Below are positions 1-9,967 of a stretch of DNA of 24,000 nt, piece by piece. Positions within the stretch are counted from its first letter, which is position 1; each line of letters starts with the position of its first letter. The position numbers and the translations under genes are program-made. Under the pieces are notes generated by a model, which worked only from the letters and a program-made list of their open reading frames with translations, searched no databases and was not told the DNA's origin. The stretch comes from Skermanella rosea (GTDB lineage Bacteria; Pseudomonadota; Alphaproteobacteria; Azospirillales; Azospirillaceae), in contig NZ_CP086111.1 in NCBI RefSeq assembly GCF_016806835.2, positions 3,379,471 through 3,403,470 of the forward strand, written 5' to 3'.

Positions 1-43
1 GAGATCTCGATGCGCCCCCAGGACCCACCCTTGCGAGAACTCC

Positions 44-397
44 TCAGCCCAGCAGCCGGGCAATGATTTCCAGGATCTGGGCCACGTAGTAAGGCTTCGT
101 GATATGCGCGTCGTGGCCGCCCGAGTAGGAGGGGGGTAGCTGCGTCTCTGGAACGGAGGTTGCCAGAACGATGGGCATACGCGAGCCTCGGGCGCGCAAC
201 TCGACAATCATGTCGAGCCCGTTCATGCGGGGCATCATGTAGTCCGTGATGATCAGGTCCGGGGGCGAGGCCAAGGCCATCTCCAACCCTCTGGCCCCAT
301 CAGAGGCCACCTCGACCAGATATCCCTCATCCTTGAGGAGCATGCCTGTCGACATAGAGATTAGAACCTCGTCCTCGACGAGCAGAACGCGGGCCAT
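44..397 (-). CDS. Single-domain response regulator (CheY-like receiver)
   Basis: 117-aa ORF with receiver hallmarks readable in translation: acidic pocket VLLVEDE, phospho-acceptor context DLIITDYMMPRMNG, conserved VLATS and HITKPY. The ATG at 397 lies 4 nt after the KaiC-like stop (tga ccgg ATG), suggesting translational coupling. Confidence 0.85.
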   Translation of the reverse strand: MARVLLVEDEVLISMSTGMLLKDEGYLVEVASDGARGLEMALASPPDLIITDYMMPRMNGLDMIVELRARGSRMPIVLATSVPETQLPPSYSGGHDAHITKPYYVAQILEIIARLLG

Positions 398-401
398 CCG
401 G

Positions 402-1790
402 TCAGGACCCCTTCTTACCAGTCCGTCGTGTCACCCCCTTCTGCGTGCTTTCGTCTGTCATGCGGTCGGGGAGAGCGCCTTTGGGGCGTAGCCTGTCGAG
501 ATCGGCCTCGCCAAACCGGATGCCGGTATCGCCGATGAAAAACTCCTCGGAGATTGGGTCGAAGTCGCTGTCCCGGACCTTCAGGATCGACAAGTTGCGC
601 CGCAGGATGCCGTCTCGCAGCGCGTAATGGACGAGCACAACATTGTCGGAGATGGCCGATATGTCGTTGTCGGTGGGCAGCCGCTCGGGCAGAAACAGCT
701 CCTTGCTCTCCAGAGTCCAAATGACGGCCGCTCCCCTGGAGCGGAGATGGTGGTTGAGAGCGTTGACGAAGAGCGACAATCGCTGCTTGTGGAGCAGCGA
801 GTCCTTGAAGGCTGTCAGCCCGTCGACGAAGACACGTCTGGCCTTGGTCGTCTCGACCAACTCGATGAGTTCATGGCCGAGTTCATCGATCAGGTTCTCA
901 GCTGGGCTTCTCCAGCGAACCGTGAGCGCCCCGGACTGCACAAGACTCGCCAGATCGATGCCGATAGACTGGGCCTTCAGCATCAGTCGCTTGGGTCTCT
1001 CGTAGAACCCGTAGAGCACGCCCGGCTCGTCAACCGTGCATTGTGAGAGAAAATGCAGTCCCAGCGTCGTCTTCCCGGTCCCTGTGGGTCCGAAGAGCAG
1101 GGTGGCCGAGGTGGCCGGGTAGCCACCATGCAGCATCGTGTCGAGGTCCTGCAGGCCGGAACTGGTCCGATTGGTCTCCTCATTTTCATCACCAAAGCAC
1201 AACTGCGTCGCTTCCAAGCGGGGGAAAACCCTGATGCCATGGGTCGTGATGCGAAAAAGATGCTCGCCCCGCAGGAAGCTGCCACCACGCTGCTTATGCA
1301 CCGTGAGGGAGCGAACGGATCTGAGGCCGTCGCTGATGTCACGAAGCTCAATCCAACCATCCACCATGGTAAACTCCGGCGAGGATGGCAGTCGTTGCTG
1401 ATTGGTGAGGATCAAGAGGGTTATGCCGAGCAGGGCGGCTTGCCCTTGAAGCTCATGGACGAAGGTGCGGAACTCGTGTTCGTTGCCAGCCACGTCGTGG
1501 ATGACGAAGAGACCATCCAGGATGACGAGCGACGCCTTGCTGCGCCGGGCCTCCTGCGACAGCAAGCGGATCACGCCGCGCATGCCTTCCTTGTCGACCG
1601 TCGAATATGCCGAGAGGTAAGTCAGCACCCTTGGGATCCTGTCCTCCGAATAGAACCCCATCTGCTGCATGTAGCGGATCATCCGGTCGTGGGGCTCTGC
1701 AAGCAGGCTCATGTAGAGGGCTGTCTCGCCCTGATCCGTGTGGTTGAAGCAGATCTGATTGGACAGGATAGTCTTGCCCGTCCCCGGACG
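402..1790 (-). pseudogene. KaiC-like double-domain RecA-superfamily ATPase, major 3' fragment (cut off from its start by an IS)
   Basis: The reading frame is open from 1790 to the stop at 402 (1389 nt, 463 codons). It begins RPGTGKTILSNQICFNHTDQGETALYMSLLAEPHD (rest of Walker A of domain 1). It contains Walker B-like ASLVILDG and a second full P-loop domain (LLFGPTGTGKTTLGLHF ... RRVFVDGL). This two-tandem-domain layout is typical of KaiC homologues. The track ORF 402..1712 is only the part after an internal Met. Confidence 0.85.
1781..1790. repeat. Target-site duplication, left copy (tccccggacg)
   Basis: Identical 10-mer directly abuts both IS ends (1781-1790 and 3066-3075). Confidence 0.85.
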
Positions 1791-1808
1791 CAGGGCTGTT
1801 CAGTTCTC
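1791..1808. repeat. IS terminal inverted repeat (cagggctgttcagttctc)
   Basis: Exact reverse complement of 3048-3065. Confidence 0.9.
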
Positions 1809-1809
1809 G

Positions 1810-2923
1810 CTATGAGAGGCGATATGCGAGCGCATTGTCGAAGTTGAGCGCGTTGACGTAGAGTTCGCGGGCGATGTTCTGGACGCCGTTGGCCCGCAGG
1901 ATGTTGATCGCGAAGCTGCGGAACCGGGCGACGTGGGTGGGCTTGACGCGGGTTCGGCTGGCGTCCTCGCCGAACGTGACGTCGCGGACCCAATGGCTCC
2001 GGTTTTCAATCGCCCAGTGCCCCCGGACCGCCCGTCCGAACGCCTCGGCGCCGAGCGCGACCTGGCAGGCGTAGAACGAGACGTCCTCGGTGGCGTGCCA
2101 CAGGCCTGACCTGGTGTCCTTGTGCCAGGTCAGGCGGGCGACGCGGGCGGCGCAGACGATTAGGCCGTCCCATTCGGCGTCGAGTTTGCCCCGGACATCG
2201 AAGGTCTCGACCGTGCGGGTCTCGTGGCGGCCGTGGCCCTTGGGATCAACGCTCCTGTGGCTTTCGGCCGGGGGCTGGGTGGCGGCGATGGCCTCGAGCG
2301 TGGCCAGCAGGGTCGGCTGGTTGGCCTTGACCTGGGCGAGCAACGCGTTGCCGGTGTCGCGGGCCGCCTCAAAGGTTTTTTTGACAGTGCAGCGCGTCGG
2401 CGGTGAACAGCACGCCGCTCAGGCCGAGCTCCGCGATCAGGCGCTGGGCCGCCGGGATCTCGTTGCTCTTGTCGTCGATCTCGCTGTGCGCCAGCAGGAT
2501 CGCCGCCTCCGAGGCGAACGCGCTGAGCGCCTGGGCCGCCTTGCGGTCGTTGAGGTGGTCGAAGCTGCCCTTGAGCGTCTTGCCGTCGAGCGCGATCGCC
2601 GGCATCCCGCCCTCGGGGCGCGCCAGCAGGCTGGCGGCGTGCCGGCGGAACGCCCGCTCCAGGGCGTCGGCGTCGAGGTCCTGGAGCACGGTGCGCAGGG
2701 TGTTGACCGATGGCGCCCGCCTCAGGGCGACGCCGAACAGCTCGTTGAGCAACTCCCGGCGCTGCTCCAGGAAGACGATGATGCGGCGGTACGAGGTCGC
2801 GCCGGACAGCAGCGCCAGCACGGTGAACAGCAGCAGCGGCGCCAGCGGGTAGCGCTTGCCCGCCGCGCGCCGCGGATCGGGAACCTCGCCCAGGGCCGCG
2901 AGAAGCCGGCCGAACGGTACCAT
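1810..2923 (-). pseudogene. ISAs1-family DDE transposase, interrupted by a +1 nt frameshift in an A7 run
   Basis: Two track ORFs (2369..2935 and 1810..2343) are N- and C-halves of one protein. The N-half ends ...GVLFTADALHCQKNL*. The C-half has LAQVKANQPTL ... GHWAIENRSHWVRDVTFGEDASR. Removing one A from the A7 tract (plus-strand T7 at 2376-2382) fuses them into a 370-aa product (ATG 2923 to TAG 1810). Confidence 0.85.
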
Positions 2924-3047
2924 GGCAACCCCCAAGTCCAGGAATTGCCGAGCAAGGATTCACACATTCGCGCGAGATGGTAGACTCTTTCTACGCTGCT
3001 TCACACCCCGCCAGGACTCGCTGCGCGCGAGTCAGGCGCGCAACGGG

Positions 3048-3065
3048 GAGAACTGAACAGCCCTG
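3048..3065. repeat. IS terminal inverted repeat (gagaactgaacagccctg)
   Basis: Exact reverse complement of 1791-1808. Confidence 0.9.
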
Positions 3066-3075
3066 TCCCCGGACG
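3066..3075. repeat. Target-site duplication, right copy (tccccggacg)
   Basis: Identical to 1781-1790 and directly abuts the IS end. Confidence 0.85.
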
Positions 3076-3174
3076 GCCTTGGACGATATAGGCTGCACCC
3101 CTGAGCAGGCCGCCATTCAGGACAATGTCCAGTCCTTCGATCCCGGTTGGTATCCGCTCCATGGCAAAACTCAT
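3066..3174 (-). pseudogene. KaiC-like ATPase, 5' fragment (first 36 codons)
   Basis: The minus strand reads MSFAMERIPTGIEGLDIVLNGGLLRGAAYIVQGRPG, then the IS. TGIxGLDxxLxGG followed by a P-loop is the KaiC/RadA-type N-terminus. Start at 3174 (AGGGA 8 nt upstream) or at 3162. The track ORF 3001..3321 runs through this into the IS. Confidence 0.75.
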
Positions 3175-3367
3175 CAGCGTCGTCCCTGAACTTGCATGCC
3201 GCGCCAGCAGGTTTGAGGCGACAGGCTTCTCCTCCGGTGAGCCCATCAAGCCTGCGCTCCCAGCAATTAGTCTGCAGCTATTAGCATCTCTGCTCGCTGT
3301 TTGTAAGGCGCGTCCGAGCAAGGCTGTAGAACATGTTGGTTGTGTTCCCAGAGGATCATGTATGTCT

Positions 3368-3847
3368 TCAGGGGCTGCTAATCACCCACACCGTCAAGAG
3401 CGAGGGTTGGCGTCGAGAACGATGTCGGTCAGGCGCGCCATACACGTTCAGGGTGGCGTAGATGAGCTCGACCTCCGCGGTCTCGACCCGCCCGGCGGCG
3501 TCCCGGACGGCGATGCGGTGCCGTCGTCCGCGAGCCGGTCGACACACGTCCAGACCAGATAGTGGGTCCCGAGATCCCGCGCGAGGCAGAAGAACTCGTA
3601 AATGTCGTTCTTGCGATCGCCGATGTGGACGCAGCGAGCCGGATCACCGGACAGTTCCGCGGTCCGCCGCATGGTGTCCAGCCAGCGGACGCTTTCCTTC
3701 CCGTCGATGCACGCGAAGGGAATGCTCTCCCCCCATGGCTTCCGCCATCCGCCCCAGCAGCCCGTGCAGCCGACGCTCCAGGCACCGGTCAGCCAGGTGG
3801 CAGCCGGCGAGTTCATCGTCGACCCAGTTCCTTGAAGCATCGGTCAT
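3368..3847 (-). pseudogene. Decayed IS4-family (Tn5/IS50-like) transposase remnant
   Basis: Start ATG at 3847 with a strong SD (GGGAGG). The N-terminus MTDASRNWVDDELAGCHLADRCLERRLHGLLGRM resembles the Tn5-type N-terminal domain (W..DEL....LGD.RL..RL). After a frameshift in a G7/C7 run near 3727-3733 it continues ESVRWLDTMRRTAELSGDPARCVHIGDRKNDIYEFF (cf. Tn5 ESGKWL...AVCDREADIHAYL, second catalytic Asp). Only about one third of a full transposase is present, with an internal deletion and at least 2 frameshifts. The 3' limit is approximate. Confidence 0.5.
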
Positions 3848-4256
3848 CGGTACCTCCCGGACCTCTCCCGATGCCAAAGCCCGCTGCTTGAAGTGGCCGA
3901 GACCGGGTGCCGCCCAACCCGCCCGGCCCTGATGAAGATGTGGGTTATTGGCAGCTTCAGGGGATGCCTACTGACCACCCACAGATTGTTCGAAACAAGA
4001 GGTGTTGCCATGCCGCCTGAATCGGTAGAGGGTGACTTGGATTCCGGGTTTTGTTAGGCGTCCTTTATGCGGCACGGCAGGCATCGGATCGCAGGGACGG
4101 TCCACTCTAAGCAGTGGCGCCCCAGGAGCAGCAGGATCTCCAACATCCAGGAAGCCCATATGGCGAAGGTCTGGGAAATCGTCGCTTCGCTCGTACGCCA
4201 CCGCGAAGAGGCGCGATCCGATGGCCGGAACGCTGCCTGGCCGCATTTCTGAACGC

Positions 4257-5528
4257 TTAGCGCGGTACCGGGCGGGATGTCCCCGCGCCGCCTGAGTTCG
4301 GGACGGATGCGAGCGCGAACCCGCCGACAGCCAGCAGCATCGGCAGGATGGAGAAGATGAAACGCCCCTCCTCACCCCTTTCGCCGACCGATACCAGGAT
4401 CACGACGAGTAACGTCGAGGCGGCCAGCCACCAGCGTTGGTCGAGCCAGGGCCAGCACCCACGGCGGATCAGCACGGCGGCCCCGATCGCGGCATAGCCG
4501 GCCAGGGTCAGGAGCAATACCGTCACGACGGCCCGGTAGGCCAAGATCCCGATGCCCTGAGGATCCCGGTCGTACATCCGCGTCGGCGCGCTGGCGAAAA
4601 CCGCGAGGCGGTCCAGGATATGGCCCGCCGCCCGGACCGGTTCTCCAAGAATCCTCGCGACGATCAGCGACTTGAGCGCCTCGCTCTCCCTGTACACCTC
4701 GGAGGTGTTCAGGTCGGCCCACAGTTCGTCGGCACCTTCCCGGACGCGCGGCAGTTCCTCCAGGCGGCGGGCGGCCCGTATGTCGGGGTCGAAATCCTCC
4801 CAGGCGCGCTGGAGATTGAAACCGGAGACGTTGGTCCAGGTGATCTGATGGTCATGGGCCAACCAGACATGCAGGTGCCACCCGCCCGAGAGGATCGCGA
4901 CGGGAATGAAGAAGGCCGCCAGCGCCCCTGCCCTTCCCGGTGCCGTCCTGGCGATTCGATGGGTCTCCACTGCCAGGAACAGCGGCAGCAGGAAGATCAT
5001 GAAAGGCCGAGTCAGTTCCAGCAGCGAGAGGCACAGCCCGGCAGCCGCCAGCCTGCCCGGCCGGCGATCCCGCAGCCAAGCCCGGACCAGCAGGAAATAG
5101 CCGAGCGTCAGCAGGGCGAAGAGGGGGTCGTAGTTCGCCGGGTTGCCGGCATGGACCGCCACTCCCCGGTGCGCCAGGAACAGCCCGAGAATCAGCACCG
5201 CGGCCCGCAGCCGGAGCCGTTCCGGCTGGATCAGCACGGCCAGCGCGAAGGCCGATGCCACGGTCAGCGGGTACAATATCTTCGAGAACAGGGTCAGGTC
5301 GCGGAAATTGATCCACCACAGCAGTTCCAGCGTCGAGAGCACGGGCGGGATCCCGGTGCGCAGCCCCGCCAGGTAATCCCGGACGTCGGCCGCGGTCCGG
5401 AATGTCTCCAGGTCCAGGGTCCGCATCCAGGTGACCGCGGAGGTGGCCGTGTAGCCCCAGACCGGCACGAGGAAGACGGCGCAGATCAGCAGCAACCGCG
5501 CGACGTTCCCGCACCTATCGATACCCAT
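4257..5528 (-). CDS. Polytopic inner-membrane protein, function unknown (GT-C/ArnT-like architecture suspected)
   Basis: 423 aa from the ATG at 5528 (the track ORF 4257..6062 extends upstream across the neighbouring gene in another frame). About 9 hydrophobic helices, with a soluble loop of about 110 aa between helices 6 and 7. It starts 47 nt after the DUF1194 stop, so it is probably co-transcribed. The functional label is inference only. Confidence 0.6.
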   Translation of the reverse strand: MGIDRCGNVARLLLICAVFLVPVWGYTATSAVTWMRTLDLETFRTAADVRDYLAGLRTGIPPVLSTLELLWWINFRDLTLFSKILYPLTVASAFALAVLIQPERLRLRAAVLILGLFLAHRGVAVHAGNPANYDPLFALLTLGYFLLVRAWLRDRRPGRLAAAGLCLSLLELTRPFMIFLLPLFLAVETHRIARTAPGRAGALAAFFIPVAILSGGWHLHVWLAHDHQITWTNVSGFNLQRAWEDFDPDIRAARRLEELPRVREGADELWADLNTSEVYRESEALKSLIVARILGEPVRAAGHILDRLAVFASAPTRMYDRDPQGIGILAYRAVVTVLLLTLAGYAAIGAAVLIRRGCWPWLDQRWWLAASTLLVVILVSVGERGEEGRFIFSILPMLLAVGGFALASVPNSGGAGTSRPVPR

Positions 5529-5575
5529 TCCGACGATCCGCGCCCAAGCCCCTGTCAGGATCTCCGAACACCGGG

Positions 5576-6301
5576 TCAGGGCACGGGTTCCGGCAGGGCC
5601 GCGATCTCCCTCAGCAGCTTCGCGATGATGGCGTCGGCGAAACTCGAAGGGTCCCTGGCGACGACGACGAACGAGCCGGGCCCGCCGATCACGTTCTCCT
5701 GGAAATAGACATCCAGGTGGCGGCGCCGGTCGCGGTCCTCGGCCCAGGGCAGCAGGCCGGCGCGCAGGATCGGCAGCCCGTTGATTATGATGCCGGCCCT
5801 GACGGCATCGTCGCGGGCCAGCGTGACCGGACGGCCGACATTGTTCTCCCCGTCGCCCGATATGTCGATGACCTGCCGCGTTCCTTCGAACCCGTTCGAC
5901 GCGAACAGAAGGGCGCAGTGGTCGATCAGGGCGCTGATCGAGGTGCGGGACTCCGTCACCGTCGGCCCCCCCGCCAACTCCCGGCTGAACGCCTTGGCGC
6001 TCGCCGGACCGTCGATCACCCGCCAGTCGGCCACGGTCCGCTGCAACTTGTCGTCGGCCCATTCCACGTAGGTGACGGCGATGCGGCCCAGCGCGCCGCC
6101 CTGGATCGCCTCCACCACCCGCCTGTCGGTGATGGCGCGGGCATAGCCGTTCCTCTGGAGGTGGGCATCCTCCTCGTTGACCGAGCCGGAGACATCCACG
6201 GCGAGCACCAGTTCCAGGTCCACCGGAATCTCCGCCCGGGCCGCCATGCCGGATACCGCCAGCAGCCCGATGAAACCGCTCAGAAGAGCAAGCACCTTCA
6301 T
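5576..6301 (-). CDS. DUF1194 (vWA-like) exported protein
   Basis: Signal peptide MKVLALLSGFIGLLAVSGMAARA. It then has VDLELVLAVDVSGSVNEED..LQRNGYA.. IAVTYVEWAD ... RQVIDISGDGENN ... IIINGLPI, the pattern I recognise as DUF1194. Start at 6301 is preferred (G-rich SD upstream); the track start at 6322 is the alternative. Confidence 0.8.
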   Translation of the reverse strand: MKVLALLSGFIGLLAVSGMAARAEIPVDLELVLAVDVSGSVNEEDAHLQRNGYARAITDRRVVEAIQGGALGRIAVTYVEWADDKLQRTVADWRVIDGPASAKAFSRELAGGPTVTESRTSISALIDHCALLFASNGFEGTRQVIDISGDGENNVGRPVTLARDDAVRAGIIINGLPILRAGLLPWAEDRDRRRHLDVYFQENVIGGPGSFVVVARDPSSFADAIIAKLLREIAALPEPVP

Positions 6302-6394
6302 CCTGTTTCCCCCCAATGCCAACCCAGCGATTGCAACGCTTTCTCCGGCATCGGGTTAGTTAGTTTGAGTCTGATGCCCGAAAAGGAAAGCCGA

Positions 6395-8914
<2,520 letters not shown>

Positions 8915-8917
8915 GAC

Positions 8918-9934
8918 ATGGACAACCGCCAGACCATGGATACGGAAACCGCGGCGGATACCCGGGCGACCGATGCGGCGGATGCCGATATGACGGTGCG
9001 CGTCGCGACCGTCACCCTCAACCCGGCGATCGACCAGACCATCTCGATCCCCAACTTCACCGCCGGTCAGGTCAACCGCGTCGAGTGGGAACAGGCCGAT
9101 CCCGGCGGCAAGGGCGTCAACGTGGCGGCCTTCCTCGCCGACTTCGGTTGCGCGGTCAGCGTCACCGGGTTCCTCGGCACCGACAACATCGAGATCTTCC
9201 GGAACTTCTTCGCCGAGAAGGGGATCGCCGACCGCTTCGTGACCGTGCCCGGCCGTACCCGCGCCAACGTGAAGATCCTGGACACGCCGAACAAGCGCAT
9301 CACCGACATCAACCTGCCCGGCCTGCCCTTCTCGGCCGAGAACCTGACCTGGCTTCGGGGCGCCATAGACGCGCTGTCGATCGACCACGACTGGTTCGTG
9401 CTGTCGGGCAGCACGCCGTCGGGCACGCCCGAGACGGTCTATGCCGACATGGTCGCCGACCTGCGCGGGCGCGGCAAGAAGGTCGTCCTGGATGCCAGCG
9501 GCCCGGCCTTCGCGCAGGGCGTCGCGGCGCTGCCCTACGCGATCAAGCCGAACCTGGAGGAGTTGGAGGAGCTGGTCGGCCGCAGGCTGCCCGACGAGAC
9601 GGCGATCCTGGCCGCGATCCAGGAATTGATCGACCGCGGCATCGGCTGCGTCGTCGTCTCCCTGGGGGCCGACGGCGCGATCTTCGCCGAAGGAACGGCC
9701 CGCCTCGCGGTCAGGCCGCCGGCGGTCATCGTGCGCAGCACCGTGGGAGCTGGGGACGCCATGGTCGCCGGATTCATCCTGGGCAAGCTCCGCGGCCTGG
9801 ACCTGGAAGACTGCGCCAAGCAGGCGACCGCCTTCTCGCTCGGCACGTTGACGACCGTCGGACCGCACCTGCCGCCGCCGGAAACGATCGAGAAATCCAT
9901 GGGCGAGATCGAGGTCCGGGTCATCGCCCCGTAG
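8918..9934 (+). CDS. fruK: 1-phosphofructokinase (PfkB family)
   Basis: VATVTLNPAIDQT, DPGGKGVNVA, GRTRANVKI, IKPNLEELEEL and STVGAGDAMVAGF align by eye with E. coli FruK. The ATG at 8918 is 3 nt after the fruB stop. An alternative start at 8990 (MTVRVATVTLNP) matches the usual FruK N-terminus better. Confidence 0.9.
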   Translation: MDNRQTMDTETAADTRATDAADADMTVRVATVTLNPAIDQTISIPNFTAGQVNRVEWEQADPGGKGVNVAAFLADFGCAVSVTGFLGTDNIEIFRNFFAEKGIADRFVTVPGRTRANVKILDTPNKRITDINLPGLPFSAENLTWLRGAIDALSIDHDWFVLSGSTPSGTPETVYADMVADLRGRGKKVVLDASGPAFAQGVAALPYAIKPNLEELEELVGRRLPDETAILAAIQELIDRGIGCVVVSLGADGAIFAEGTARLAVRPPAVIVRSTVGAGDAMVAGFILGKLRGLDLEDCAKQATAFSLGTLTTVGPHLPPPETIEKSMGEIEVRVIAP

Positions 9935-9967
9935 TCGCATTCCCGCTGCCGCCTGGAGAAGAGAAAC

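Larger units (their letters stand above)
1791..3065 (-). mobile_element. Complete ISAs1-family insertion sequence, 1275 bp
   Basis: Perfect 18-bp terminal inverted repeats beginning CAGGG and a 10-bp direct repeat of target DNA. The single transposase reading frame carries ISAs1/H-repeat-type motifs. Size and end structure fit what I recall for the ISAs1 family. Confidence 0.9.

Noticed and set aside
1-43. Possible start of a further minus-strand gene after the response regulator (GGAG then GTG at about 26-28).
   Set aside because: Only about 9 codons are visible before the window edge, which is too little to support a call.
2090-2983. 297-aa plus-strand ORF, and 2160..2963 (-) and 2403..2852 (+), inside the IS.
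   Set aside because: They are antisense or off-frame to the ISAs1 transposase frame, which carries the family motifs. No independent start signals or motifs.
3971-3989. ctgaccacccacagattgt, considered as a Tn5/IS50-like terminal repeat because of the CTGAC start.
   Set aside because: Its orientation is wrong for the adjacent transposase remnant, since it would point away from it. Similarity is limited to 5 nt, and no partner repeat was found.
3968-4256. 92-codon minus-strand tail of track ORF 3968..4375 (MRPGSVPAIGSRLFAVAYERSDDFPDLRHMGFLDV...).
   Set aside because: Third-codon positions are only weakly GC-biased, unlike real genes here. There is no SD and no recognisable family, and the upstream part of the ORF overlaps the membrane-protein gene. 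It may be a relic of foreign DNA but cannot be called.
5529-6062. 5' extension of the membrane-protein ORF (the track calls 601 aa).
   Set aside because: It overlaps DUF1194 in another frame and is Arg-rich and non-hydrophobic. The first transmembrane helix follows the Met at 5528.
6326-6340. agcgattgcaacgct in the fruB/DUF1194 divergent region, considered as a LacI/Cra-type palindromic operator.
   Set aside because: Only the central ttgcaa is self-complementary. The flanking arms are out of register, so it is not a true palindrome, and it does not resemble the Cra consensus as I remember it.
5717-6394. In-frame 5' extension of the fruB ORF (the track calls 1065 aa).
   Set aside because: The extension overlaps the DUF1194 gene on the opposite strand and is Arg/Gly/Pro-rich. 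The EIIA domain begins right after the ATG at 6395, which has a good SD.
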